Positions 48,212-58,900 are shown, numbered from the stretch's first letter. The stretch: DNA of 64,000 nt from Bacteroidota bacterium (GCA_031402435.1 JANNSJ010000015.1:132288-196287); one strand, 5' to 3'. Translations and numbers: made by a program. The notes: generated by a model from the sequence alone, not told the origin.

Positions 48212-48802
48212 ATGAACAACATAACGTCAATAGTCTTGGGAGCAATACTCTTCGTTGCAACCGGCAGCGTTCACGCGGGAACATGGAAGATGGATAGGTC
48301 GCACAGCCAGGTGACGTTTTCCGTATCTCACATGGTAATCTCCGAAGTGACCGGCGTCTTCAAGGAATTCGATATCACGTTCATGTCTGAGAAAGAGGAT
48401 CTGACAGATACGAAGGTCGAAGCGACCATCAAAACGGGAAGCATTGATACAGGAAGCGAGAGGCGCGACAACCACGTTCGTTCTGACGATTTCTTGAATA
48501 CAGAGAAATTCCCCGAGATGAAGTTCAAGAGCACCGATGTTGAAAAAACCGGTCAGGATACGTACAAGATCACGGGGGATCTGACTATTCGTGACATCAC
48601 CAAGAGCGTTGTGCTTGAGACGAAATATAGAGGCAGTATTAAAGATGCCATGGGAAATACCAGAATCGCATTCAAGGCTACTGGGACAATTGACCGCTTT
48701 GAGTTCGGTACGACATGGAACAAGGCAATCGAAACCGGCGGGCTCGTTGCAGGCAAGGAAATTCAGGTCACTTTGCTGATGGAATTTACAAAGCCAAAGT
48801 AA
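48212..48802 (+). CDS. YceI-like periplasmic polyisoprenoid-binding protein
   Basis: Signal peptide then GTWKMDRSHSQVTFSVSHMVISEVTGVF. SD aaggag before ATG 48212. Confidence 0.8.
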   Translation: MNNITSIVLGAILFVATGSVHAGTWKMDRSHSQVTFSVSHMVISEVTGVFKEFDITFMSEKEDLTDTKVEATIKTGSIDTGSERRDNHVRSDDFLNTEKFPEMKFKSTDVEKTGQDTYKITGDLTIRDITKSVVLETKYRGSIKDAMGNTRIAFKATGTIDRFEFGTTWNKAIETGGLVAGKEIQVTLLMEFTKPK

Positions 48803-48992
48803 GCGGCACCACCGAGAAAACTTGTGAAGTATAGCGACAGGGCTCTCCGCTTCGGCGGTGGGCCCTGGTGTCTCACCTGCAGTTCATTCCCACCTCAACC
48901 TCGTCCGGCTTTATTGCTTTTCTTCCTTGATGTTTCATCAAAGAGTTGCTACTTTTGTGGCGACGTGAAACTCCATCAGCTCCAATGAATTA

Positions 48993-49370
48993 ATGCTCAC
49001 GCTCTCAGTCTTGCCTGAAACGTTCGCCGTATGCAGAATGGAGAATAACTTGCCCATTCCACCATGGGCGACGGCAGGCTCGTTCTTCTCGATTACCAGA
49101 ACACTTGATGAACTCTCGGTCGTGTGCCCCGATCAGTTCGTGCCCAAAGAAATTCGCAGCAGTGATGGGTGGAAGTGCCTGAAAGTGAAGGGCCCGATTG
49201 ATTTCTCTGCGATCGGAGTGGTTCAGTCCCTTGTTCAGCCTCTGGCCGCAGCTAACATAAGCGTCTTTGTAACATCGACATTCGATACGGATTATGTGAT
49301 GGTCAAAGAGAAGGACGTAGAGTCTGCGCTCAGTGTTCTTTCGGAAGCTGGCCACCATGTTCAACAATAG
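48993..49370 (+). CDS. ACT-domain-like small protein
   Basis: 125 aa, beta-alpha-beta-beta-alpha-like pattern (ISVFVTSTFDTDYVMVKEKDVESALSVL). Confidence 0.5.
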   Translation: MLTLSVLPETFAVCRMENNLPIPPWATAGSFFSITRTLDELSVVCPDQFVPKEIRSSDGWKCLKVKGPIDFSAIGVVQSLVQPLAAANISVFVTSTFDTDYVMVKEKDVESALSVLSEAGHHVQQ

Positions 49371-50280
49371 TCCAGCGGATGTAACACGCGGGTCATCATC
49401 AAACAAAGAGACATCCAGTACGATCGGAGTACGCTCAACGCTCGTGAGCGTGGCTGCCAATGCGATACTTGCCGCGATAAAAGGTATTGCAGGAATACTT
49501 GGCAACTCATACGCGTTGATTGCAGACGCAATTGAATCAGCATTCGACATTGTCAGTTCGCTTGTGGTGATGGGTGGATTGAAGATTGCCGCTGTGCCGC
49601 CTGATGAGGACCATCCCTATGGCCATGGCAAGGCAGAACCTCTCGCCGCCATGGTCGTTGCCATTGCGTTGTTCACGGCTGCAGTGGCAATTGCGATTGA
49701 GAGTATCCGTGAAATTGAGACCCCGCATCATGCACCAGCTGCATTCACGCTGATTGTTCTTGTCGTCGTCATCATTGTGAAGGAAGGGTTATTCCGTTTT
49801 GTCTTCCGGGTGGGACAGGCAGTGGAGAGTACAGCGCTCAAAGTTGACGCATGGCATCACCGCAGCGATGCGTTGACCTCGGCGGCGGCGTTCGTGGGTA
49901 TCAGCATTGCCCTTGTCGGTGGAGCGGGATATGAGAGCGCCGACGATTGGGCAGCATTATTTGCAGCGTGTGTCATTCTGTTCAATGCGTGCAGACTTAT
50001 TCTACCGGCAATCAACGAGATCATGGATGCTGCACCTAATCCGGCAATTAGGGATGAGGCAAGGAGAGTTGCAAGCGGAGTAGCAGGAGTTGTTGCTCTT
50101 GAGAAGTGTATCGTTCGTAAAATGGGGCTGGAGTATTATGTGGATTTTCATGTCGTTGTTGATGGAAGCATTTCCGTACATGATGGACACGACATTGCCC
50201 ATCGGGTGAAGGATGCGATCAGGCAATCCAACCCGCGTATCAGTGACGTCCTTATTCATATCGAACCTCACGATCATTGA
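49357..50280 (+). CDS. Cation diffusion facilitator (CDF) family metal efflux transporter
   Basis: Six TM helices, HPYGHGKAEPLAAM motif, C-terminal cytoplasmic domain. Confidence 0.85.
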   Translation: MFNNSPADVTRGSSSNKETSSTIGVRSTLVSVAANAILAAIKGIAGILGNSYALIADAIESAFDIVSSLVVMGGLKIAAVPPDEDHPYGHGKAEPLAAMVVAIALFTAAVAIAIESIREIETPHHAPAAFTLIVLVVVIIVKEGLFRFVFRVGQAVESTALKVDAWHHRSDALTSAAAFVGISIALVGGAGYESADDWAALFAACVILFNACRLILPAINEIMDAAPNPAIRDEARRVASGVAGVVALEKCIVRKMGLEYYVDFHVVVDGSISVHDGHDIAHRVKDAIRQSNPRISDVLIHIEPHDH

Positions 50281-50291
50281 AGGAAAACACC

Positions 50292-50777
50292 ATGGAGATA
50301 GCACAACACCAGTATGCAGGCTTTTGGAAACGATTCGTTGCGTACATTATCGATGGAATTCTCATCTGCATTATGAGCGGCGTGCTATTCATTCCGTTCC
50401 TCGCGGTGGTTGGCCTTGGTGCATTCTCCATGCACGATGCTGATCTTTTTTATGATTCAGAGACCGCTGTCGGTTTTTTGTTCGCAATGATTGCTGGCTA
50501 CTTCCTGTTCATCATTGCGATATGGATTGGCGGCTGGCTCTATTTCGCGCTCATGGAATCCTCCAGCCAGCAGGGAACGCTGGGCAAAATGGCGCTCGGT
50601 ATCAAAGTCACGGATATGAGCGGCAACAGGATCACATTCGGAAGAGCAACCGGCCGCTATTTTTCAAAGATCATTTCTTCGCTGACGATGGGCATCGGTT
50701 ACATTATCGCAGGCTTCACACAGCAGAAGCAAGCCCTGCATGACATCATTGCCGGGTGTCTTGTTGTAAACAAGTAA
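50292..50777 (+). CDS. RDD family membrane protein
   Basis: AGFWKRFVAYIIDGILI...R...D pattern of RDD domain. Confidence 0.7.
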   Translation: MEIAQHQYAGFWKRFVAYIIDGILICIMSGVLFIPFLAVVGLGAFSMHDADLFYDSETAVGFLFAMIAGYFLFIIAIWIGGWLYFALMESSSQQGTLGKMALGIKVTDMSGNRITFGRATGRYFSKIISSLTMGIGYIIAGFTQQKQALHDIIAGCLVVNK

Positions 50778-50951
50778 CGGTTGAGTGCGAATCGACCCAC
50801 TCATTCTCCTTTTGATTTCGATCTTTGAAACTTCATACGTCTCTCCGGATGTTCTTAGCCTCGTTTGAAACTCACGCATTTTTTGCCTATCTTTCACCGT
50901 TAATAAGTGATTTGATTACAGCAAGTTACACTCTTTCAACTGGAGTTCCTG

Positions 50952-52718
50952 GTGGCTTCGTTCAAGAAACGCACTCACACATGTGGTGAATTGCGCGCTA
51001 CAGACATTGGAAAAGCCGTAACCCTTACCGGCTGGGTCGATACGCGACGTGACCTTGGCGGTGTTGTGTTCATTGATTTACGTGACCGGTATGGCAGGAT
51101 GCAGGTGGTATTCAATCCGCAGACAGATGCAGCGGTTCACGGACTTGCCGGTACATTGCGTAGTGAATTCGTCATCTCTGTAAGTGGAAAGGTTGAGCGC
51201 CGGCCGGAGGGAACCGTAAATACTGATCTGGTAACCGGGGAGGTTGACGTGATGGCAACGGAACTCATGGTCCTGAATAAAGCTGATACTCCGCCGTTTC
51301 CCATTGATGACAAGGTTGAGGCGAACGAAGACCTTCGCCTCAAGTATCGCTATCTTGATTTGCGCAGACCGGCACTACAGCAGAACATGATTTTCCGGCA
51401 CAGGATGTATCAACTTGTTCATCGCCATTTTGACGAGCTGAACTTTATTGAAGTCGAGACACCGGTGTTGATGAAAAGTACTCCGGAAGGTGCGCGTGAC
51501 TATCTTGTCCCGAGCCGTGTGCAACGCGGGAAATTCTATGCGCTTCCACAATCTCCGCAAACATATAAGCAACTACTCATGGTGGCCGGACTTGACCGGT
51601 ATGTCCAGATTGTGAAATGTTTCCGTGATGAAGACCTTCGTGCGGATCGACAACCCGAGTTCACGCAGATCGATGTGGAGATGTCATTCATTGATGAGTC
51701 CGACATCCAGGCGGTAACGGAAGTGTTGATCCAGAAGATGTTCAAGGAACTGAAGGGGATTGATGTTTCATTGCCGTTGCCTCGCTTGACATACAAGCAG
51801 GCAATGGAATGGTATGGCAGTGACAAGCCGGACACAAGGTTTGATTTAAAAGTCACGACACTGAATGATCTCGTCAAGGATTCGGGCTTCAAAGTGTTCT
51901 CTGATGTTGTGAAGAAGGGCGGAGTGGTTGCCGGGTTTGTTGTTCCTGGTGGCGCGTCGTTCACACGCAACCAGATGGACAACCTCGTGGACTTTACCAA
52001 GAATCTGGGTGCTGGCGGGCTTGCGTACTTCAAGTGGACGGAGAATGGTCTTGAAGCGGCAATCGAGAAATTCCTCGGCAAAGAGCTGATGCAGAAGATT
52101 GCCGACGCAATGGGCGCAAAGAAGGGCGACCTGATGTTGTTCGCCTCGGATGTGTGGAGCAAGGCATACAGCATTCTCGGCACATTACGTCTCGAAATGG
52201 CAAGACGGCTTAACCTCATCGACGAAAGCAAATTCAATCTGTTATGGGTAACGGAGTTTCCGCTGTTCGATTGGAGTGAAGAAGAGAAACGTTTCGTCTC
52301 CGTCCATCACCCATTCACGTCGCCCCATCTCGATGACCTTGCATTGCTGGACACTGATCTTGGGAAAGTGCGGGCACGTGCGTATGATCTAGTTCTTAAC
52401 GGGACAGAAATTGCCGGGGGCAGTATTCGTATTCACGATTCAGCGCTGCAACAGAAAGCATTCAAACTGCTTGGGATTGAAGAAGAGGAAGCCAACAAAA
52501 AATTCGGGTTCTTGCTGAATGCATTCAAGTATGGCGCACCGCCGCACGGCGGCATTGCCTTCGGGTTTGACCGCGTCGCAATGCTCATGACCGGGTCGAA
52601 GTCTATTCGTGATGTGATTGCCTTCCCCAAGACTGCCAGTGCCGTCTCGCTGATGGATGAAGCGCCGAGCGAGGTGGATGAAAAGCAATTGAGAGAATTA
52701 CACATTCGAGTCGTCTGA
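50952..52718 (+). CDS. aspS: Aspartyl-tRNA synthetase
   Basis: OB-fold N-domain (GWVDTRRDLGGVVFIDLRD), class II motifs (FRDEDLRADRQPEFTQID, GGIAFGFDRVAML). GTG start. Confidence 0.9.
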   Translation: MASFKKRTHTCGELRATDIGKAVTLTGWVDTRRDLGGVVFIDLRDRYGRMQVVFNPQTDAAVHGLAGTLRSEFVISVSGKVERRPEGTVNTDLVTGEVDVMATELMVLNKADTPPFPIDDKVEANEDLRLKYRYLDLRRPALQQNMIFRHRMYQLVHRHFDELNFIEVETPVLMKSTPEGARDYLVPSRVQRGKFYALPQSPQTYKQLLMVAGLDRYVQIVKCFRDEDLRADRQPEFTQIDVEMSFIDESDIQAVTEVLIQKMFKELKGIDVSLPLPRLTYKQAMEWYGSDKPDTRFDLKVTTLNDLVKDSGFKVFSDVVKKGGVVAGFVVPGGASFTRNQMDNLVDFTKNLGAGGLAYFKWTENGLEAAIEKFLGKELMQKIADAMGAKKGDLMLFASDVWSKAYSILGTLRLEMARRLNLIDESKFNLLWVTEFPLFDWSEEEKRFVSVHHPFTSPHLDDLALLDTDLGKVRARAYDLVLNGTEIAGGSIRIHDSALQQKAFKLLGIEEEEANKKFGFLLNAFKYGAPPHGGIAFGFDRVAMLMTGSKSIRDVIAFPKTASAVSLMDEAPSEVDEKQLRELHIRVV

Positions 52719-54079
52719 TGAAAGAGAAAATTAGAATTGCCAGTGGCCAGGGATTCTGGGGCGACTTACTTACGGCTCCCTATGACCAGGTAACAAAAGG
52801 GCCGGTTGATTACATGATGATGGACTATCTTGCCGAAGTCACGATGTCCATCATGCAGAAGCAGAAGAGAAAAGATCCAAGCCTTGGGTATGCCAAGGAT
52901 CTGATTCCACTTATGGAACAAATCCTACCCATTATTGTTGAGAGGAATATCAAGGTCATCACGAACGGCGGTGGGGTAAATCCGGGAGCATGTCGTGATG
53001 CGATCTTCAGCGTGGCCAGGAAACTTGGTATCAAGGGATTGAATATTGGCGTGGTTCTTGGCGATGATATTCTTGATCAGTTGGATGTGCTTAAGGTAAA
53101 AGGTGTTCCGCTTAACAATATGGAGACCGGCGAGAAGCTTGATTCGGTGCGAAAGAAGGTCATGAGCGCAAACGTATACTTCGGCGCATGGCCGGTTGTT
53201 GAAGCATTACAACAAGGGGCTCAAATCGTTATCACAGGACGAACTACAGACACAGGTCTCACACTTGCTCCAATGATTCATGAGTTTGGTTGGAAAGAAA
53301 ATGATTGGGATAAGATTGCTGCCGGAACCGTTGCCGGACATATCCTCGAATGCGGTGGACAGGCAAGCGGGGGAAACTTCTCAGCTGATTGGAAGTCTGT
53401 TCCGGATCTTGCGCATATTGGCTTTCCTATAGCTGAAGCATATCCTAATGGCGAAGTGATAATCACCAAGCATGAAAATACGGGCGGACTGGTTTCGGTG
53501 CAGACGGTGAAGGAACAGCTCATGTACGAGATCGGAAATCCAGCAAACTACATCACACCTGACTGCATTGCTGACTTCACAACAATCAGGCTTCAAGAGG
53601 TTGGCAAGAATAGGGTTAGAATGTTTGATGTGAAGGGACAACCAGCTACAGATTTATACAAAGTCTCAATGTCATATCTCGACGGATACACAGCCATCGG
53701 CACTCTCACGTACGCATGGCCTGACGCTTTGGAGAAGGCGAAGGCTGCAGATCAAATCCTTCGCACACGTCTTGCTGACCTGGGCCTCAAGTTTGATGAG
53801 ATACGGACTGAGTTCATGGGATATAACTCGTGTCACGGTGCGCTTTCCGTTATGCCGAACGAGATTAACGAGGTCGTGCTCCGCTTTGGCGTAAGAGGGT
53901 ACGATCATAACGCGGTTGAACGCTTTGGCAAAGAACTGGCTCCATTGATTCTCACTGGTCCGCCCGCCGTGACTGGATTTGCCGGTGGAAGGCCGAAACC
54001 CAGTGAAGTGATTGCCTACTGGCCGGCATTGATGCCGAAGTCTGCCGTAACGCCTGTTGTCGAAGTGGCAACAGTGTAA
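52718..54079 (+). CDS. DUF1446 (acyclic terpene utilisation AtuA-like) family protein
   Basis: N-terminal IASGQGFWGD, DYMMMDYLAEVTMSI. 453 aa, typical size. Confidence 0.65.
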   Translation: MKEKIRIASGQGFWGDLLTAPYDQVTKGPVDYMMMDYLAEVTMSIMQKQKRKDPSLGYAKDLIPLMEQILPIIVERNIKVITNGGGVNPGACRDAIFSVARKLGIKGLNIGVVLGDDILDQLDVLKVKGVPLNNMETGEKLDSVRKKVMSANVYFGAWPVVEALQQGAQIVITGRTTDTGLTLAPMIHEFGWKENDWDKIAAGTVAGHILECGGQASGGNFSADWKSVPDLAHIGFPIAEAYPNGEVIITKHENTGGLVSVQTVKEQLMYEIGNPANYITPDCIADFTTIRLQEVGKNRVRMFDVKGQPATDLYKVSMSYLDGYTAIGTLTYAWPDALEKAKAADQILRTRLADLGLKFDEIRTEFMGYNSCHGALSVMPNEINEVVLRFGVRGYDHNAVERFGKELAPLILTGPPAVTGFAGGRPKPSEVIAYWPALMPKSAVTPVVEVATV

Positions 54080-54108
54080 TCTGAAATCAGTAATCCATTG
54101 TCGATACC

Positions 54109-54438
54109 ATGAAAATCCAATTGATACACCTGGCCCACGCTCGCTCCGGCGACAAAGGAGACACTGGAAATGTTGGCGTCATAGCTCGCAAGGATGAGTA
54201 CTACCCATTGCTTGTGAAGTACCTGACCGTCGACAGGGTGCAGAAGCATTTCGAAGGGATTGCATTGGGGAAGGTCGAGCGGTTTGAGATCCCGAATCTT
54301 GGGGCGATCAACTTCCTGCTCCACGAATCACTTGGTGGCGGCGGGACAAAGTCATTGAAGAATGATGCACAGGGAAAGACCCTGAGCAGCGCCATGCTGC
54401 GTATGGAATTGGATATCGACGAGAAAATCAATCTCTAA
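54109..54438 (+). CDS. DUF4387-like small protein (usual partner of DUF1446)
   Basis: LAHARSGDKGDTGNVGVIA... motif. Positioned immediately downstream of the AtuA-like gene, as in many genomes. Confidence 0.55.
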   Translation: MKIQLIHLAHARSGDKGDTGNVGVIARKDEYYPLLVKYLTVDRVQKHFEGIALGKVERFEIPNLGAINFLLHESLGGGGTKSLKNDAQGKTLSSAMLRMELDIDEKINL

Positions 54439-54449
54439 CAGGACAAACC

Positions 54450-55560
54450 ATGTTTGAAGCCCAGAAAGAATCGATCAAAGAGTTGCACAAGCGTTTGACC
54501 ACACTCAGAGGTTATCTTTGACATCGATGGAAAGGAAATAACCGTTGCCGGATTGCAGGCGAAGACGGAAACGCCAACCTTCTGGGATGACAATGTCGAC
54601 GCTCAAAAGGTGATGTCGCAGATCAGCGAGTTGAATGAGTGGATCAACGGATGGAAGAATCTCAACCGCATCGTCAACGATTCGACGTCCCTTATCGAAC
54701 TTGCCGAAGAATCCAAAGACGAGTCCTTTGTTCCTGAAATAGAAAAGGATCTGGAGACAGTTCGTAAGGGCATAGAAGAGCTTGAATTTCGTAACATGCT
54801 CAGTGCAGAGGATGATGAACGCAATGCAATCCTTACCGTGCATTCCGGAGCGGGCGGTACTGAATCTCAAGATTGGGCGGAAATGCTCCTGCGAATGTAT
54901 ACGCGTTGGGCTGAGCGAAAGGGGTATAAGGTTTCTCTTGTTGACCGGCAGGATGGGGATGGTGCCGGAATCAAGAGCGCAACAGTTGAAGTAGTTGGTA
55001 AATACGCCTACGGTTATATGAAGGCAGAGAACGGTGTTCATCGACTTGTCCGCATTTCGCCTTTCGATTCAAACGCCCGCCGGCACACTTCATTTGCGTC
55101 AGTGTTTGTGTATCCGGAACTGGATGATGACGTTGCCATTGAGATAAATCCCGTTGACTTGAAGATTGACACGTATCGAGCTGGAGGAAAGGGAGGACAG
55201 AACGTCAACAAAGTCGAGACTGCCGTTCGCATTACACACGTCCCATCGGGAATCATCGTTGCCTGTCAACAGGAGCGATCGCAGTTCCAGAACAAAGAGC
55301 GTGCGCTCAAAATGCTGAAGTCCCAATTGTACCAGCGGCGCAAAGAGGAAGAAGAAGCCCGCCTGAGTGCCATCGAAAGTACAAAGAAGAGAATCGAGTG
55401 GGGGAGCCAGATTCGTTCGTATGTCTTCCATCCGTACAACATGGTCAAGGATCACCGGACGGAAGTCGAGACGAGTAATGTTCAGGGCGTGATGGACGGA
55501 GCGCTTGATGAATTCATCAAAGCGTACTTGATGGAGTCCAGCTCGAAAGGCACTGCGTAA
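54450..55560 (+). CDS. prfB: Peptide chain release factor 2, with programmed +1 ribosomal frameshift (ORF0 54450..54518, +1 frame 54520..55560)
   Basis: ORF0 [23 protein letters not shown] ends at CTT TGA C (54516-54522), preceded by SD-like agagg; the +1 frame continues DIDGKEI... SPF and GGQ motifs present. Confidence 0.85.
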
Positions 55561-55568
55561 GCCCCCTC

Positions 55569-56786
55569 ATGTCTTACACCTCCCTTATCGCCACCCGCTA
55601 TCTTCAATCCAAACACAACGACGGCTTTGTCTCATTCGTTACTGCCATTGGCATTCTCGGCGTTGCGTTGGGTTGTGCAACCCTTATCATTGCGCTGGCT
55701 GTGCTCGGAGGGTTTGAGCGTGAGATCACTGAGAAGGTGGTGGGGTTCACGAGTCATGTTCAAATCCAGGGATACCAGAACACGCCTCTCAAAGACTACG
55801 AACGAAACGCACGCATCATAGAGGACAGTATCCCATTGGTAAGGTCTGCTGCTCCATATATTTCCCGAGAGGCATTGATTCGCTCGAAAGATGGAGTGGA
55901 TGGAATCCTTCTGAAGGGTCTCGACCCTCTCAATGATATTTCTGTCACAAGGAAATACATCGTTGCCGGCCGGTACGACATCACCGGGAACGAAGGCACG
56001 CCTCCGCGCATCGTTTTGGGCAGAAGACTTGCTGGACAATTGGGAGTGGATATTGGTGAGAAGGTAACCGTTTTTGGAATCGGTCGGCTTGTGGAACAGG
56101 GGCAGTATAAGGTGATGCAGTTTACCGTCAGCGGATTGTACGAGAGCGGCATGTCGGAGTATGATGACGTGTACGCATTCACGTCGCTTGCTGCTGCGCA
56201 ACATATATTCCAACTCGGAGACGCTGTTACGGGGTATGATGTTCTTGTCACGTCGGTTGACAGCGCAGAAGTTGTCGCCGACAGGATTCAAGCCCTTCTT
56301 GGTTACCCTCATTACGGGCGGACGGTGTTTCAAACGTACCGTAACATCTTCAGTTGGATTGAACTACAGAAAAAACCCATTCCTCTCATCCTTGGACTTA
56401 TTATCGCGGTTGCAACAGTGAATATCATTGGAACGCTGTTGATGATGGTACTCAGCAAGACAAGAGACATCGGTGTGCTTATGTCCATGGGAGCCACACG
56501 ATTGGGAATCATGAAGATTTTCCTCCGTCAAGGGTTGACGATTGCGCTGACCGGAACGACGATCGGCAATGTTCTCGCTCTTGGCGTTTGTTTTGCGCAA
56601 ATGAAATTCAGATTTTTCTCATTGCCGAGCGATATCTACTTCATGTCATCTGTTCCGATCCTCATTCGCCCCGAGTATTTTCTCGTTGTCTCCTTGATCA
56701 GTATTGCACTCTGCATGGTAAGTTCCATCATTCCGGCCAGGCTTGCTTCACGACTGCATCCGCTCAATGCCCTGAGGTTTTCGTAG
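55569..56786 (+). CDS. LolC/LolE-type (FtsX/MacB-like) ABC transporter permease
   Basis: N-terminal TM, large periplasmic domain, C-terminal FtsX 3-TM bundle. Confidence 0.8.
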   Translation: MSYTSLIATRYLQSKHNDGFVSFVTAIGILGVALGCATLIIALAVLGGFEREITEKVVGFTSHVQIQGYQNTPLKDYERNARIIEDSIPLVRSAAPYISREALIRSKDGVDGILLKGLDPLNDISVTRKYIVAGRYDITGNEGTPPRIVLGRRLAGQLGVDIGEKVTVFGIGRLVEQGQYKVMQFTVSGLYESGMSEYDDVYAFTSLAAAQHIFQLGDAVTGYDVLVTSVDSAEVVADRIQALLGYPHYGRTVFQTYRNIFSWIELQKKPIPLILGLIIAVATVNIIGTLLMMVLSKTRDIGVLMSMGATRLGIMKIFLRQGLTIALTGTTIGNVLALGVCFAQMKFRFFSLPSDIYFMSSVPILIRPEYFLVVSLISIALCMVSSIIPARLASRLHPLNALRFS

Positions 56787-56788
56787 CC

Positions 56789-58018
56789 ATGCGATATGAA
56801 CATTTCATAGCGCGTCGGTATCTCCGGTCAAAACGGCAACTGCGGTTCATCAATATCATCATGCTCGTATCCGTCATCGGCATAACTGTAGGTGTGGCGG
56901 CTCTGATTATTGTTCTTTCGGTATTCAACGGTTTCAGCAATGTTGTCACGCAAGTGCTTGTTGGTTTTGACCCACACCTGCGGGTGGAGGCAGCGAAGGG
57001 CAAGTCGATCGAAGTTTCCGATTCTCTTCTCGCGGCTGTGACAGCCTCTCCCGGGGTTGCGGGCGTATCGCCCTTTATCGAAAGCAAGGCACTGCTGGTT
57101 GTCCGTGGACAGAACCGCGTTGTCATTGTTCGCGGCGTTGTTGATTCAACGGTGGCGAGGGTTTCAGGTGTTGCCAAAAGTACTGTGCTGGGGAAGTTCA
57201 GATTTGAGGATTCAAGATTGTCCGGAGGGATTGTGCTTGGACTTGCACTTGCGGACAGGCTTGGTGCGACCGTAGGCACCGAAGTGACCGTGATCAGCCC
57301 TGTCGGTGTTGATGCAATGCTGATGCAGTTTGGCCAGCCATTGATGAGAAAGTGTATCGTTGTCGGTATTTATGATTCCAACAACAAGGATTATGATGCA
57401 CACTATGCCTACATTTCATTGGAGTTGGCGAAATACCTCTTCAATTATGAACGCGGGGTTGGTGGGATTGAAATGAAATTGCACAATATCGCGGATGCAG
57501 AAGCAACAAAGACATCATTGATATCCCGCCTTGGCGATGCATACACTGTGTCCACATGGTATGACTTGCATAAGAATCTCTACTCCGTGATGAAGATCGA
57601 GCGATGGGGTGCATACCTTATTCTTTGCCTCATCGTCGGCGTGGCAACATTCAATGTGTTGGGCTCATTGACGATGGGTGTTATTGAAAAAAAACGCGAC
57701 ATTGGCATTCTAAAATCACTCGGGGCGACGGGCAAGAGTATTACACGCTTGTTCATGTTTGAAGGACTCCTGGTCGGAGCCATAGGCACCGGTCTCGGAT
57801 TGTTGCTTGGTATCATCGCGTGTTTTCTCCAAATCAATTATCAATTGTTCCCTCTTGACCCGAATGTCTATATCATTCCGGCAATTCCCGTTGAAGTCCG
57901 CTGGGTGGATTTCGTTACTGTTGCCCTTGCATCAATGTTGTTGTGTACATTCGCGTCTCTCTATCCGGCACGGAGAGCTGCTCGATTGCAGCCGGTAGCA
58001 GCAATACGCTGGGAGTAA
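56789..58018 (+). CDS. Second LolC/LolE-type ABC transporter permease
   Basis: Start MRYEHFIARRYLRSKR at 56789; ORF-track start 56588 overlaps the upstream gene. Same architecture as the first permease. Confidence 0.8.
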   Translation: MRYEHFIARRYLRSKRQLRFINIIMLVSVIGITVGVAALIIVLSVFNGFSNVVTQVLVGFDPHLRVEAAKGKSIEVSDSLLAAVTASPGVAGVSPFIESKALLVVRGQNRVVIVRGVVDSTVARVSGVAKSTVLGKFRFEDSRLSGGIVLGLALADRLGATVGTEVTVISPVGVDAMLMQFGQPLMRKCIVVGIYDSNNKDYDAHYAYISLELAKYLFNYERGVGGIEMKLHNIADAEATKTSLISRLGDAYTVSTWYDLHKNLYSVMKIERWGAYLILCLIVGVATFNVLGSLTMGVIEKKRDIGILKSLGATGKSITRLFMFEGLLVGAIGTGLGLLLGIIACFLQINYQLFPLDPNVYIIPAIPVEVRWVDFVTVALASMLLCTFASLYPARRAARLQPVAAIRWE

Positions 58019-58021
58019 CCC

Positions 58022-58732
58022 ATGGCGAAGAAGAAACCTGTTGAGTTGATCATCAGAGTCCAGGATGTTACAAAAACATTTGCGCTTGGTGAGCAGCAGG
58101 ATCGTAAACTGTTTGTCCTCCGCGGCATTAACCTAAATATTCAACGGGGAGAAATTCTTGCCATTGTTGGCGCGTCGGGGGCAGGGAAGAGTACACTCCT
58201 GCACATCATGGGAACGCTGGATCGCCCGACGTCGGGAACGATATTCTACGACGACACCGATGTCTTCGCAATGGACGACGACCACCTTTCCCGGTTCCGC
58301 AATCAGCAGATAGGGTTTGTGTTTCAGTTTCACCACTTGCTTCCGGAGTTTACAGCATACGAGAATGTTGCCATGCCCGCGCTCATCGAGGGTAAAAGTT
58401 TGACGCAAGTGAATGGGAGAGTGATGGAGTTGCTTGGTCTTGTGGGACTGGCCGACAAAGCCGAATCAAAATCGACCCAACTGTCGGGCGGGGAACAACA
58501 GCGGGTTGCAGTTGCTCGGGCGTTGATGAATTCACCCCGTGTTATTCTTGCGGATGAGCCGTCGGGGAATCTCGATACGGAAAATGCAACTCAGCTTCAT
58601 GAACTTATTTGGAAATTGAGCCGTGAGTTTGAGCAAACATTTATCGTTGTTACTCACAACGAGGCATTGGCAAAAAAAGCGGACAGGATTGTTCGGATCC
58701 AGGACGGAGTTGTCCAAACCCCGAACGGTTAG
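58022..58732 (+). CDS. lolD: ABC transporter ATP-binding protein (LolD-like)
   Basis: Walker [10 protein letters not shown], signature [15 protein letters not shown], Walker [12 protein letters not shown]. Confidence 0.8.
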   Translation: MAKKKPVELIIRVQDVTKTFALGEQQDRKLFVLRGINLNIQRGEILAIVGASGAGKSTLLHIMGTLDRPTSGTIFYDDTDVFAMDDDHLSRFRNQQIGFVFQFHHLLPEFTAYENVAMPALIEGKSLTQVNGRVMELLGLVGLADKAESKSTQLSGGEQQRVAVARALMNSPRVILADEPSGNLDTENATQLHELIWKLSREFEQTFIVVTHNEALAKKADRIVRIQDGVVQTPNG

Positions 58733-58869
58733 CCTGCGGCTATTTAGTTAAAGAGATTCTCAAGGACACTCGCCTAAGATTTTACTTGACAATGTTGAAG
58801 AATTGTGTTAATTACTTTCAGACCTGTATGACAGTTTCTCCCCTGACTGTTGTATGTTGTAATGGTCGA

Positions 58870-58900
58870 GCCCGGCGTTCCCCCCAACGCTGGGCTTTTT
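58870..58900 (+). terminator. Rho-independent terminator after lolD
   Basis: gcccggcgtt-cccccc-aacgctgggc followed by ttttt. Confidence 0.6.

Noticed and set aside
51137-52705. Minus-strand ORFs including 51536..52237 (233 aa) inside aspS
   Set aside because: Antisense of a highly conserved gene.
56588-56788. N-terminal 67 codons of ORF 56588..58018
   Set aside because: They overlap the first permease gene. The conserved permease N-terminus (MRYEHFIARRYLRSKR) starts at 56789, right after the upstream stop.
55632-57279. Minus-strand ORFs 55632..56333, 55796..56251 and 56764..57279 inside the lol permease genes
   Set aside because: Antisense frames. The permeases have clear FtsX architecture.
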